Assembly (NCBI GenBank): GCA_951406725.2
Contig: OX597822.1
Location: forward strand, 24,056,001 to 24,120,000
Length of the DNA: 64,000 nucleotides
From: Octopus vulgaris
Lineage: Eukaryota
Direction: 5' to 3'
Under the pieces are notes generated by a model. The model worked only from the letters and a program-made list of their open reading frames with translations, did no database searches and had not been told where the DNA came from. Shown here piece after piece: positions 13,213 through 27,030 of the stretch. A program made the translations under genes and the position numbers. Position 1 is the first letter of the stretch, and each line of letters starts with the position of its first letter.

Positions 13213-13559
13213 TGTAGGTAGCTAAATAGTTGAATGATCTCCCTTGCAAAAAAGATTATAGAGTAACCTCCCTTTTCTACGCTTCTCGAAGCATCTGTGT
13301 CATGAGACGTGATTCTTAATTATTCAAGAAGCTTAGCGTTTCTCTTAGAAGTTTCTATAACGCCTAGCGTTCCATTAATAAAAACAGCTTGCTAACCCAG
13401 CTTTTCGTTTCTCAGTCAATTAGACTTAGAGCCATTTACTTCATTGCTATGTCTATTTCTCTACGTTACATGACTGAAAACCACCACTTAGCTGTTATTT
13501 CTACATTTTCTATCTTTGAACTTTCTTGCATAGATTACTTCATTCAACTGGATTCTACA
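13213..13559 (+). mobile_element. possible solo LTR
   Basis: TGTAG...CTACA inverted termini around 347 bp of non-repetitive sequence with TAATAAAA followed by CAGTC. No TSD seen. Confidence 0.3.
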
Positions 13560-14841
13560 ATTTGATTCTATGTATCATCATTGACCAATGGCCTGCTGTG
13601 CTAACCATGGATCGTAGAGTGACCTGCTGTTCTTGAGGAGACCTATTGAGTCAACTTCAACACCAACATCGAAATAAAAATCAAATGGAAATTGTAGTTA
13701 AGATACCCGTGCTAGCAGCATGTAAAGAGCACCATCCGAATGTGACAGGTTGGTACACAGTTTGTGTCTACCAACTTCTCTCGAAAAGCATTGGTTGGCC
13801 CAGGGTTTTAGAAGATACTTGCCGAAGGTGCCACGTGGTGGGATTGAACCCAAAACTGCACGGTTGTAAAGTGAGCTTCTTGTCAACACAAACATACAAG
13901 AGAAGGTCATGAAAAATTAAAATTTCTTTTTAATCATAACACATAACTAAACTGCAGTTTCAATGAATTCTTTATTGCTCCGTTGACCTCCCATAAACAA
14001 CCTTGAAACAAAAATTTAGGCTTTTTTTGTTTTGTTTTTTTACTTCAATAATTACAAGGCTGTAATTTTGGTGAGTGACAGAAGCAGGAAGGGGAGATAA
14101 CACTGATTTATTTATTACATCAGAATGCCTTGCCAATATTTCAGTTTTCCAATCTGAAAATGGAATGTTGTATATGTGTATAAGAGTGTTTCACAGTTAT
14201 GTGATGTGTGTGTGTGTAATAGTTGAAAGATATAAATTAAAGCAAACTGATCGTTAGGAGAAATTACATTTAAAGAAATTCTAATTTATATAATGGCAAC
14301 CGAGGAGAGGAAAAAGCATCTGACAAGGAAAAATTGTTGTAGTTGTTGTTGTTGTGTTTGCTGCTGCTGCTGATGATGATGATGTTGTTTGGCTGCAGGT
14401 CATCTTTGATCATGAAGATCTAAAATCAGAAGACAATCCAGCTGTGACCATACTGTCAATTTTTTGTTTTTCCCAAACAGTGTACATAACCATTTTATCC
14501 ACTAGGTCCTGCCCATTTGCATTTTTTTTTTCTTAAGGTGGTAGGGGTGTGACTTGATGGCGACCAGCTGTTTGGCTGTTATTTTTAGCGGATCGAGTCA
14601 CCATGTAGAAGATTGTTGAATTTTCAGAGTGGCAAAGTTTGTGCACACAGCTGAAGCCACAAGATGGATATAGTGAAGTCATAATTACTGGTTTCTAACA
14701 TGTGTGTGTGCGTGTGTGTAAACATATGTAAATCTCTCAGTCTCTCTCCCTTTCTCTTTCTCTCTCTCTCTCTCTCTCTATCATCATCATCGTTTAACGT
14801 TTGCCTTCCATGCTAGCATGGGTGGGACCTACAAATATATA

Positions 14842-15255
14842 TTTACTCTTTTACTCTTTTACTTACTTCAGTCATTTGACTGTGGCCATGCTGGAGCACA
14901 GCCTTTAGTCAAGCAAATCGACCCCAGGACTTATTCTTTGTAAGCTTAGTACTTATTCTATTGGTCTCTTTTGCCGAACCGCTAAGTTATGGTGATATAA
15001 ACACACCAGCATCGGTTGTCAAGCGATGTAGAGAGGACAAACACAGACACACAAACATATACACACACACATATATATATGTGTATATATACATATATGC
15101 AACAGGCTTCTTTCAGTTTCCGTCTACCAAATCCACTCACAAGGCTTTGGTTGACATGAGGCTATAGTAGAAGACACTTGCCCAAGGTGCCACACAGTGG
15201 GACTGAACTCGGAACCATATGGTTGGTAAACAAGCTACTTACCACACAGCCATTC
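14842..15255 (-). mobile_element. SINE family B, full length
   Basis: Reverse complement of family B including the (TAAAAGAG)n end. Confidence 0.9.
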
Positions 15256-15303
15256 CTACGCATATATATATATATATATACACACACATACAAACATACA
15301 TAC

Positions 15304-15339
<36 letters not shown>

Positions 15340-16097
15340 TTGTTTGTATATGTATCATCATCATAATCATTTAGCATCCGTTGTCCATGCTGGCATGGAT
15401 TGGACAATTTGACAAAACACAATGAGTCAGAGAACACGGCTGAGCTCCAACATCTGCTTTAGTAAGGTTTCAATGACTAGATGTTCTTATAGTACCAACA
15501 TTAGTTAGATCATCAGGTAACACATACGACAAGACACCCTGGTAGAGAGGGAGTGCAATATTGAGAGATGGGGCTTTGTGCCAGACACTGAAAGGCTAAA
15601 TTATGATAGAGTTACAGAGACATATATAGAGAGAAGACAGCTGTGAACATGCTTCTGCCTCAACAGACGTCCTCAGCATAGCAGTTGCCTTACCTTGACT
15701 CCAGCAGGCATAAGATTAAAGCATATAGTTAAAAAAAGAGTGCAGAATATTTATGACCAAGGTAATTAGCATAAATAAAACAAAAAGGAACTTTGAAATA
15801 ACATACAGTGGCTGGTTGCTAATGTGTGTGTGTGTGTGTGGATATCGTTGTTATCATACAAAAGTGTCATAAATCCAAAACGTTGCTTTTTCAGAAAATG
15901 ATAAAATAGCTTCATTTGTTTGTATGTAGACTGACAGGCAAACAGATAGGTCTGATCAGGATGGGTGTGGGAGCATGTGCTGTTGCAGTGTGTTGCTGCA
16001 TTTACCATTTGTAGGTATATTCTTGGATCCTCCCAGGCGACTCTTCAAGCAGAGTCCCAGTCAGTCTTCATCTCCACAAGATACCCCCTCATATGCC

Positions 16098-16500
16098 ATG
16101 AAAGGCACCATTCGAGCGTGATCGTTACCAGCGTCGCCTTAAAGAGCACCATCCAAGCATGATTGTTGCCAGAGCGGCTACCTAGCCTCCATGCCGGTGG
16201 TTTGTAAAAGACACCATTCGAGCATGATCGTTACCAGCATCGCCTTACTGGCACCCATGCCGGTGGCATGTGTAAAAGATTCGAGTGAGGCCATTGCCAG
16301 TACTGCCTGACTGGCTCCGTGCCGGTGACACATAAAAGCACCCACTACACTCTCGGAGTGGTTGGCATTAGGAAGGGCATCCAGCTGTAGAAACTCTGCC
16401 AGATCAAGATCGATGCCTGGTGCAGCCATCTGGTCAGCCCTCAGTCATTCGTCCAACCCATGCTAGCAAGGAAAGCAGACATTAAACGATGATGATGATG
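16098..16500 (+). mobile_element. SINE-like family E with internal tandem units and RTE-like tail
   Basis: Repeated CACCATTCGAGCGTGATCGTTACCAGC / GCCGGTGGCA units, then AGGAAGGGCATCCAGCTGTAGAAAC..(GAT)n. Confidence 0.8.
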
Positions 16501-16549
16501 TAGCATAAGGCCGACCAACACACAAGCCATCAATCCAATCAAATCCCCA

Positions 16550-16745
16550 GTGAAGAGAACAAGGTAAGCAAGGGTCTAGCCTGGAAAATCTAGCAACATG
16601 ATAAAACAGTCTGAGCTGGCACTCCTGAACCATACATGTAACAGGATACATCCTGATTTCTGAGTAGAGTTGTTGGCAGGATATAAAACCCAACCAATGA
16701 GAACCCATAATCCTGCAAAGCATCCTGATACCAAAAGAGTTCAGG
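16550..16745 (-). mobile_element. RTE-clade LINE reverse transcriptase C-terminal fragment
   Basis: LCRIMGSHWLGFISCQQL...VQECQLRLFYHVARF resembles the RTE motif LRRILG..W.D.ISN..L...RQLR.FGHVAR. Confidence 0.65.
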
Positions 16746-16772
16746 TGAGGAAATAGATAAATCTAAATATAT

Positions 16773-17000
16773 ATTTCTTTACTACCCACAAGGGGCTAAA
16801 CATAGAGGGGACAAACAAGGACAGACAAAGGGGTTAAGTCGATTACATCGATCCCAGTGCGAAACTGGTATTTTATTTATCGACCCCGAAAGGATGAAAG
16901 GCAAAGTCGACCTCAGTGGAATTTGAACTCAGAACGTAATGACAGACGAAATACCGCTAAGCATTTCGCCTGGCGCGCTAACGTTTCTGCCAGCTCGCCT
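16773..17000 (-). mobile_element. SINE family A, full length
   Basis: Reverse complement of family A. Confidence 0.9.
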
Positions 17001-17444
17001 GAATATATTTAAGCCCTCATTTTTACATCTGGCTTTCCATGCTGGCATGTGTCGGACAGGGTTACATGAGGTTGTGTTTTACAGTTGGATGTCCTTTCTG
17101 ATGCTGGTCCTTTTTTGAATGCTTCTTCTTATGACACATTATAAAGGTTAAAAAATGACAAACATTATACTCTGTAATAGAGCAACAGTGAGTAGAATTA
17201 ATGTTTCGACCTTTTATGATCAGAGGTATCTATTGATGAGCGATCAGGCTTAAGAGTCATTAAGAAGAAAGGAAATGCGAATTATATATGAGTGTGTGTG
17301 AGAGATAAGAGATATGAATATAGATTATGTCATAAGGTACATAGTTTGTCTATGACTGAGAAAGTATGGTTAATGATGTAATAACTGCTGGACTGATGTC
17401 GAGATAGCAGACTTTATATGTTGAAGTCAGAGGTCAGATGTCAG

Positions 17445-17650
17445 CAGGGATGATGATGATGGTGGTGGTGATGAGGATGTTAGTGGTGATGATGATGATG
17501 ATGGTGATGGTGATATTAATGGTGGAGGTGATGGTGATGCTGATAGTGGTGGGGATGATGATGATGATGATGATAGTGGTGGAGGTAGTAATGATGGTGA
17601 TGATGATCATCATTATCATTAAGTTGATAATGATGATGATGATGATGTCA
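17445..17650 (+). repeat. (GAT/GGT)n tract
   Basis: Directly visible. A (TCTA)n/(CT)n tract follows at about 17930-18410. Confidence 0.95.
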
Positions 17651-19564
17651 TAACTACTTTCCTAACACCCAAGAAACATATGTATTCCTAAAGCTATGAT
17701 TCATATCATTCTATCTTCCGCTACAACATGCACACGACATATGTCGACACAACATATGGCCCATGGACTGCATGCAGTCTACCGGAGCACCCCTACAGAA
17801 CATGTGGTGAATATGGAAATAATGTTTACTTAAAACCCATCAGAAATGACAAGGAAGGTACACAGTCATGCTCCAGACATTCAACCAACCCACCCAAAAA
17901 TCCTACCTACATACTCACAGGCTTACCTACCTACCTATCTACATACATACATACCTGCCAATATAACAGTCTATCTATCTATCTATCTAACTATCAATCT
18001 ATCTATCTATCTATATCTGTATATAGACATATGTTTGGCTATCGATCTTTCAATCTGTCTGTCTATCTATCGATCTATTTCTCCCCCTCTCTCTCTCTTG
18101 CTCTCCCCCATTTTTATCTATCTATCTAATTACTTCTCTGTCTGTGTCTGTCTGTCTATCTATTGTTATCTGTCTATGTTTCTACTTATCTGTCAAACTT
18201 TCTATCAGTCTCTCTCTCTCTCTCTCTCTCCTTTGCTGCTCTTCCCCCTTTCTATCTATCTATCTATCTACTTATCTATCAATCTACTTCTATCTGTCTA
18301 TCTTTCTATTTATCTTTCAATCACTGTCAGTCGCTCTCTCTCTCTCCCTCTCTGTCTGTCTGTCTACCTATCTTTATCAAATTACTTATCTATCTATCAA
18401 TCTATGTCTGTCTAATTTTAACATTGATAGTGTTTAACATCCATTTTGCCATGCTTGCATGTGTCAGACGGAATTTATTAAGGCAGATTTTTCCCTGATC
18501 AGATTCTCCTCTGTCACCAACACTTACCTGTTTCCAAGCCAGGTAATATTTTTCCATAGCTAGATATGTTTTTTTCATAGAAGACTAAAAACAAACAAGC
18601 ATTGTTAAGAGACATTTACAACCACCTTGTGATGATTTGACAGATACATATACATCCATTCACTAGGCTTTAGTTGGCCCGAGGCTATAGTTAGAAGACA
18701 CTTGCCCAAGGTGCCACACAGTGGGACTGAACCCAGAACCATGTGGTTGGTAAGCAAGCAACTTACCACACAGCCAGTCCTAAGCCTATATATATATATA
18801 TATATGTACACACACCAGACAAACTATTCTAGTACCATAATTCAATATATCAAAGACAAAGGAGATGATTTTATAACAATCACCACATTACAAAACTTCA
18901 TTTTCTTTCTCTTCTTCTCCTTCTTTCCTCCTCTTCCTTTTTTCACTCTTTCTCCTTTTCCCTCCTCTTCTCTTTCTTTTTCTTCTTATTCCCTCCTCCT
19001 CCTCCTTTTACATTCTTGTTGTTGACATTGTGTTTTCATTCAATAATGTTTCCAATAACTTCAAGTGAATTATTTAATAAAATCAAATCAACACAACGGG
19101 GAAAAGGGGAAAAGAAAAAAGGGGAAGCGATAAAGAAAAAAAACAACCTCCCTTCTCTCTCCCCGCTCTCCCCTATCTCTTTCTCTCTCTCCATCCTCTC
19201 CCCTATCTTTTTCTCTCTCTCTCTCTCTCTCATTTTCTATTTTGCTCAGTTTAACAAGAAAGTATTTAAATGGTACTATCTATGGAGTGCAAACAATGTT
19301 CGTTGTTGTTGTTATTGCTGTTGCTGTTGTGATTGCTGTTGTTAGTGTTGTTTGTTTCTTGTTGCTTTGTCTTTTGTTTTTTTTTTTCTTTCTTTTTCCG
19401 TAAATTTAAATTTAATTCTATTTTAGTGAGTTAGCTTTTCTTAATCCCTCCAGCTATTTAAATGTAATTGAAGTCGTTTCTGTGCTGTTGTTGCTGTTGT
19501 TATGCTGTTGTTGTTGTGTTGCTGTTTTTTTTTCTTTTTACTTTCCCTGTTTGCTGTTTTAGCA

Positions 19565-19812
19565 GATGATGATGATGAGGAGGAGGAGGTGATAGTGCTG
19601 TTGGTGACAGTGGTGATGACGATGATAGTGATGGTGGCGATGGTGATACTAATGGTGATGGTGATGCTGATGCTGATAGTGGTGGGGATGATGATGATGG
19701 CGATGATAGTGGTGTTAGCAATGATGATGATGATGATGGTGACCATGCTAATGATGATGAATACTAAGCACAAGGGTGGTGGCAAATGTGATGATGATGA
19801 TGATGATGACAA
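19565..19812 (+). repeat. (GAT/GGT)n tract
   Basis: Directly visible. Confidence 0.95.
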
Positions 19813-20268
19813 CGATGGTGTTGGCAACTGCAAATATTTTCACAGCTTTCAAGTCAGCGGATTCTATCTTTCTGACACCTAACTCACAAAATAATCCGAA
19901 AACTACCAGGTTTACAACAATCTATGTTATTTGAGGATAATTTTTATGCTCGGTTTCAATTTAATAATTGATGGAATTACAATGATACAGAGATAACCGA
20001 TAAGAATACTAAAGTCAGACCAGATCGAATGAGATCAAATTCTACATTCTGTAAACTGAGTTCAAATCCAGCTGACGGAAACGGAGGAAAGAAGCTGAGG
20101 ATTTTTGTTTTCCATATTTTGTGACATTAACAAAATATACACCCATCTTAACTTGCCAACCACACCCCCAATGCCCATCATCATCATCATCATCATCATC
20201 ATCCTTTTACATCAGTTTTCCATGTTGGGATAAGTTGAACGGTTTGACAGAAGGTGACCAGCTGAAGG

Positions 20269-20503
20269 CGGTGAGCTGGCAGAAACGTTAGCATGCTGGG
20301 CAAGATGCTTAGCGGTATTTTGTCTACCGTTACGTTCTGAGTTCAAATTCTGCCAAGGTCAACTTTGCCTTTCATCCTTTCGGGGTCAATAAATTAAGTA
20401 CCAGTTATACACTGAGATCGATGTCATTGATTTAATCCCTTTGTCTGTCCTTGTTTGTCCTCTCTATGTTTAGCCCCTTGTGAACAATAAAGAAATAAGA
20501 AAC
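20269..20503 (+). mobile_element. SINE family A with 14-bp TSD, nested in a family E copy
   Basis: TGACCAGCTGAAGG at 20255-20268 and 20504-20517. Confidence 0.9.
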
Positions 20504-20729
20504 TGACCAGCTGAAGGGCTGTTTAGGCCTCGTGACTGTTCTAGAATGGTTTCTATGGCTTGATGCCCTTCCTAACACCAACCACTTTACAGAGTGTACT
20601 GGGCACTTTTACATGACACCGACACAAGATCCTTTTACATAGAACCAGTACTTCCAAACCAGCAAGATTAAGGAGATGCTCAGCTGAAAAGAGTTACAAG
20701 GGACAAGCCTGTATGCAAGGGTAACTATG

Positions 20730-20968
20730 CTTTTACTTAGTCTGACATCTTTTCAAGCACAGCAAACTGCCAGGAGGCTCGGTCCCCTGTGGTCCCCTCT
20801 TTGAGTCCCAACATCTATAGATCCTTTCTCACCACTTTGTTCCACATGTTCCTGGGTCTACCCCTTCCACATGTTGACAGGTGCCATTCTCTACAATTAG
20901 AGAACGGCACCTCTTGATGCAACTGTCCTTATTCATATGCATTACATGGCCATACTAACACTGTCGCG
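20730..20968 (-). mobile_element. RTE/RTE-X LINE 3' fragment
   Basis: Reverse complement translates YGHVMHMNKDSCIKRC...GRGRPRNMWDKVVRKDL..LGL....DRASW. Confidence 0.75.
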
Positions 20969-21106
20969 TTTTTCAATTAATCATTCATTATCTCATAGCT
21001 TCAAGATTCCGATGATGTGGTTGTTTATTTATACAATGACATTGTAGGATAAGATATGATAGGTCAGATCAGGCTGGTTTGAACATAAAACAGTTAGAAT
21101 ATTTTG

Positions 21107-21623
21107 CAGTTTTATATTTAAAAGATGTGGAATTATGTACATTATTTACATTTGATAGATATTTGTTGTTAACACAACACTCCGGCTGATATACCCTCCA
21201 GCCTTCATCAGGTGTCTTGGGGAAATTTCGAACCTGGGTTCTCATTCCTAAGGTATTTTTCGATGTTGTTGTTGTTGTTGTTGTTGTTATTGTTATTATT
21301 ATTATTATCATAATTATTCAGGTCACTGACTGGAATCGAAATCGGAATCTTGGGGTTAGTAGCCCGCGTTCTTAACCACTACACCATATGCCCACAGCAT
21401 ATGGCTACTAACCCCATGATTCCATGTTCAATTCCAGGCAGTGACCTGAATAATAATAATAATAATAACATCGAAAAATACCTTAGGAATGAGAACCCAG
21501 GCTCGAAATTTCCCCAAGACACCTGATATAGCACTATATTGCTGGAAGGTATATCAGCTGAAAAATGGTAACAACAAACAAGATGAGGACAAATATCCAT
21601 CGAATGTAATAATGTAAATAATG
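21107..21623. mobile_element. palindromic head-to-head element: tRNA-derived head plus hammerhead-bearing (Penelope-like) tail, 12-bp TSD
   Basis: Inverted arms about 21138-21391 and 21397-21625. TSD TAGAATATTTTG at 21095-21106 and 21624-21635. Inserted into an older MITE-like sequence ending TTTAAATGCTAAAAAGTTAA. Confidence 0.75.
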
Positions 21624-22404
21624 TAGAATATTTTGGTTGGATATGGCCAGTTTAAATGCTAAAAAGTTAAAGCTCCATCAGGAGTAGAGGACCAGCAGTA
21701 AAGTAAGATATTCACCAGAAAAAATTTCAATTAACTATAACGATCTCTCGGTGTAAAAATGACTATGAATTAAAAAGAAAAAAAAAACAGGCTTGGCTGT
21801 GTGATTAAGAAGTTTCCGGTTCAATCCCACTGCATGGAATCTTGGGCAAATGTCTTCTACTATAGCACTGAGCCAACTAAAGCCTTGTGAGTGGATCTGA
21901 TAGATGGAAACTGAAAGAACCACATTGAGTGTGTATGTGTGTGTGTGTCTCTCTCTCTCTCATACAAGTGGTATCCCTCATTTCCAGTCTTCTGTGAAAA
22001 TGCATCCAACTTAGGAAAAATATTACCCTACTTTAAAACAGATGAGGGTTTAGCAGCAGGAAGACCTTAGAAAATTTGCCTCAATGTATTCCTTCTGACC
22101 CATGCAGACATGGAAAAGTGGACATCAAACCAATTTTGATGATGGTGGTAATGGTAGGTGGTGGTGGTATTGTTGATGATGATCATGATCATGACGATGA
22201 TGATTTGGGAAGTAAAACTTCATTTCAGAAACTTGGTCAAAATTCACAGGAAAAACACTTTCAAGAAGTGAAATGTTGAAATGTTTTGTGACAAGCTGCA
22301 CCAAACAGCATCACCTGCAACATTACACCTTGGCATGATATGCACATAATAAAGAACTAGCACTGGTTGTTGTAGTATCATTTCAATGGCAACAATAATA
22401 ATAA

Positions 22405-22870
22405 TGGTGGTGGTGGTGGTGGTGGTGGTGGTGGTGGCAGTGATGGTGTTGGTGGTGGCAGTGATGGTGGTGGTGATGGTGGTGGTGGCAGTGTGGTGGT
22501 GGTAGTGATGGTGGTGGTGGTGGTGATGGTGGTGGTGGTGGTGGTAGTGATGGTGGTGGTGGCAGTGATGGTGGTAGTGGTGGTGGTGGTAGTGGCAGTG
22601 TTGGTGGTGGTGATGGTGGTGGTGGCAGTGATGGTGGCAGTGATGGTAGCAGTGATGGTAGCAGTGATGGTGGTGGTGGTGGTGGCAGTGGTGGTGGTGG
22701 CAGTGATGGTGGTGGTGGTGGTGGTGGTGGTGGTAGTGGCAGTGATGGTGGTGGTGGTGGTGGTAGCAGTGATGGTGGTGGTGGTGGTGGCAGTGATGGT
22801 GGCGGTGGTAGTGGCAGTGATGGTGGTAGTGGCAGTGATGATGGTGGTGGTGGCAGTGATGGTGGTGGTA
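22405..22870 (+). repeat. long (GGT)n tract punctuated by GGCAGTGAT
   Basis: Directly visible. Confidence 0.95.
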
Positions 22871-23236
22871 CTGCTGCTCCTGATCGTCATCATCGTTGTC
22901 ATAGCAGAGACAGTAATGGTAGCAACAGTGGTAGTTATTTTGGCAAATTCAAGAAGTGGATAACATGTTTTTAAAAGGATAAACCTTCTTAATGTTAAAC
23001 AACAGAGATTTTTAAAAATGGAATGTAATAATGGTGGTGGTGGTGGTGGTGTGGTAATTCTTGTGATGTTTAGGAAACAAAAATGAAGTAAATGGAGAGA
23101 GAGAGAGAGAGAGATTGAAAAATTAAGAAAATATGTTTGTGTTTACTTTAGAGAAGTTATTTTGCAAGAAAAATATTAATCCTCTCATTCTGAATCAGTT
23201 GTTACTTTGATAATGATCAAAGTAATGAGAAGGGAC

Positions 23237-23269
<33 letters not shown>

Positions 23270-23311
23270 TGTACACAATTACATCAACACACATACACAT
23301 GTGTGCATGCG

Positions 23312-23345
<34 letters not shown>

Positions 23346-23454
23346 TTAGTAATATTGTGTATATGGTCTGATTGTGATGACAACATTTTGTAAACTCAGT
23401 GTATTACAATTAGCAAGCTGGTAAAAATGCATAGTGCTATACTGCTTGTTGCTA

Positions 23455-23765
23455 TGTTCTGAGTTCAAATTCCGCAAAGGTTGACTTTGCCTTTCATCAT
23501 TTCAGGGTCAATAAATTAAGCACCAAAGGCAGCGAGCTGGCAGAAACGTTAGCATGTCAGGCGAAATGCTTAGCAGTATTTCATCTGGCTTTATGTTCTG
23601 AGTTCAAATTCCACCGATGTCGTCTTTGCCTTTCATCCTTTCGGGGTCAATTAAATAAGTACCAGTTACGCACTGGGGTCGATATAATCGACTTAATCCA
23701 TGTGTCTGTCCTTGTTTGTCCCCTCTGTGTTTAGCCCCTTGTGGGTAGTAAAGAAATAGGTATTG
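23455..23765 (+). mobile_element. SINE family A (partial copy plus full copy)
   Basis: Matches the family A sequence. Confidence 0.85.
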
Positions 23766-24190
23766 TAACCGTCTTGAGATGCCACATATTTTTGATTTCA
23801 ATCGGCAAATCTTTATATTTTCTGAGCTTATCAAATTCTTTTACTGAGATATTATGATCACAAGGCATGCCCAGGTCAATCAATAAACAGATTTTATTGT
23901 TTAGGTCTTTCACAACAATATCTGGTTTATTACCTTTGATGATCTGGTCTGTATGTATTGGAAAGTCCCAAAGAATCGTTACATTTTCTCCCTCAGTTAC
24001 AGCCTCAGGATGGTGCTTGTACTATTTGTCAGCAGTTTTGATTTTATAATGCCAACATATTATCCAATGTAGATATTGGCCAACTCTGTCATGTCAAGAT
24101 TCATACTATACTGGCACTAGAACCTTACACCCAGAGATTAGGTGGGCCACTGTTTCAATTTCATCATTGCAGTATCAGCACTTTGGGTCT
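23766..24190 (-). mobile_element. R4/Dong-like non-LTR retrotransposon fragment (CCHC knuckle plus restriction-like endonuclease)
   Basis: Translates C.YCNDEIETVAHLISGC...HDRVGQYLHW...TILWDFPIHTD...NKPDIVVKDLNNKICLLIDLGMPCDHNISVKEFDKLRKYKDL, with stops. Confidence 0.85.
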
Positions 24191-26579
24191 ATTATTATTA
24201 TTATTATTATTACTATTATTATTACTATTATTATTATTATCATTATTATTATTAGGTGTCGAGCTGGCAGAATCATAAGCATGCCGGACAAAATGCTTTG
24301 TGGCACTTTGCATGTCTGCAAGTTCTGAGTTCAAATGCTGCCGAGGCCGACTTTGCCTTTCATCCTTTTGGAGTCAATAAAATAAGTACCAGTTGAACAT
24401 TCGGTAGGTCTCAATGCATCTCAATGCAATGTGGGTAAGTCTCAATGCATCTCCAGCACTATTTGTCTCTGTCTCTCTCTCTATTTATCTTTCCCTCTAA
24501 CTCTGTCTCTTCTTCCTCACCTATTTGGGTAGCCAAGTGTCTATAGTAAGACACTATCTCCATCCTTCAGTTATACTCTAACCTCTCACCTGGCACAAAG
24601 CCACCTCCCTTGGTACTGCTCCCTCTCCCAGCCAAAAGGTCATTGTCTTGCTAATTACTTGGTGACCCTACTAATGTTGGCGCCACATGAAAAGCACCCA
24701 TTACACTCTACATAGTGCTTAGCATTAGGAAGGGCATCAAGCCATAGAAACCATGCTAAGGCAGACAATGGACTCTAGTGCAGCCTCCCAGCTTGTCAGC
24801 TCTTGTAAAATCATCCAACCCATGCTAGCATGAAAGACGGATGTTAAATGATGATGATGATGATGAAGCACAAGGCTTCAAACTTGTGCTTATAAAAGAA
24901 AAGCAAATGGGAAGCTGTGAAACAAAACCGGCTTCAAAAAAACATTGCTTTCTTACATAAGTACATTGTCTTAAATAGATCATCAGGGAAAAGGCAATTA
25001 GGAAGATGTGAAATTCATTCTACTCACAAAAAAAGAAGAAAAAAAGGACAGAAAAAAATGATGAGCATTTTTAGTAAAGTGATGTGAAATGGTTTCAAGC
25101 AAGGAATTGAAACAGTGTAAGTGCTCTCGACTCTCTCAAACTACGAAATCACAGATTCCAGCGGCACTTGAGAAAGCAAAACCAAAAAAGCAAAGAAAAA
25201 AAACAAAAAAAACAACATTATCAGTAACTTTTAAGTACCATAATACCACAGAGTACATTAAACATTGAGAATTGAATGGAAAGAAAGAGACTTGTTTTTG
25301 GCAAAAAACCAGCAATATAAGTGAGAGAGACATAGAGAGAGAGTAAAGGAGAGAGGGAGAAAGGGAGAGAAAGAGAAAGAATGATAGGTAAATATAACCC
25401 AAAGTGAATTATGATATGATAGCTAAAGCAATCATAACAGCACCACACAAGAAAAATTGCACAACAAAAATAAGAATGTCAATCTAAAACGAAAATATAG
25501 AAATGATGTGTATACATATAAAACATGTATACATATGTCACAACATACATATAAACATATACACATGTATGCACAAACACGTGTGTATATAGCAGTGAGT
25601 GAGTACATATGAATGTGTGTGTATATATATACACACACACACACTTATACATACATACATACATACATACATACATACACATACATACATATACGAAATG
25701 CATGCATAGATATTTACATGTATATATATATATGATTATAATGAAGAAGATGATGATGATAAAGATGATGCCGACAGTGAAGTTGATGGTGACAATGATG
25801 ATAATGATGACATTTGCTGATGATGATGACAATGATGAAGAGGAGAATGGTAATGATGATGATGACAACAATGATGATGATGACAATGACGACGATATTA
25901 ACAAATCTTCCGTCAGTTTTGACAATGAGCAAAAGGCTCTTCAATCAACAGAACTACCTGCTCCTTAAATTAATGCATAAGTGGCTGAGTATTCCATAGA
26001 TAAATTGGACCCTTAAACATTACAGTCAGGTAGAATCAGCATGACACAAAGTGCTATACAGATGGCCTTATTAATTACATGTATAGTCCATCCAATGGGC
26101 TTCCATGCAGTTTCCAGTTCTACATACATGGTTTGGGGTCAGCAGAAAGCTATCATAAAAGCTACAAGGCTGAAATGGAACACAGTGGAATTGAACTCAT
26201 GATGTCAAGACTGTGAAAAGAACTTCTTAACCAATCATCCATAACTGCGCTCAATACATACACATATGTAATACAAATACACACTCACACACATATAAGC
26301 ACGAGCGTGTACATAAGCAAATATACATTTTATACACATGTGCATGTGTGTGTATGTTTGTGTATATATATTTATACATACATTCATACATCATCATCAT
26401 TATCATCATCATCGTTTAACGTCCGTTTTCCGTGCTAGCATCAGGAAGGGCATCCAGCTGTAGAAACTCTGCCAGATCAGATTGGAGCCTGGTGCAACCA
26501 TCTGATTCGCCAGTCCTCAGTCAAATTGTTCAACCCATGCCAGCATGGAAAGCGGATGTTAAACGATGATGATGATATG

Positions 26580-26633
<54 letters not shown>

Positions 26634-26740
26634 TCAAATAACAAACTGAGGAAAGGAATTCCTTCAAAGGGGTGAGTAAAACATCCAATTCACTGGTACG
26701 TCAATTGAATACTACATAAATACGAGATAAATTTATTGTT

Positions 26741-26784
<44 letters not shown>

Positions 26785-26977
26785 ACATAAATAAATGACA
26801 CATTTATATATACACATACACACACACACACACACACATGATGACACACGAGGGATATAAAGTGTTGAAAAAAAGCAGGCTATGTTTTTTAAGCTGTTGT
26901 TGATTTTCTAAAAGAAAAAAGCAGACAGAAAGCCTAAAAGAAACTACAACAATAATATTTATAGCAACAACAACAAC

Positions 26978-27030
<53 letters not shown>

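Noticed and set aside
15766-16008. Peptide KLFYHFLKKQ as the VAC14 last exon
   Set aside because: The match is weak, there is no good acceptor, and the adjacent sequence resembles a dispersed repeat.
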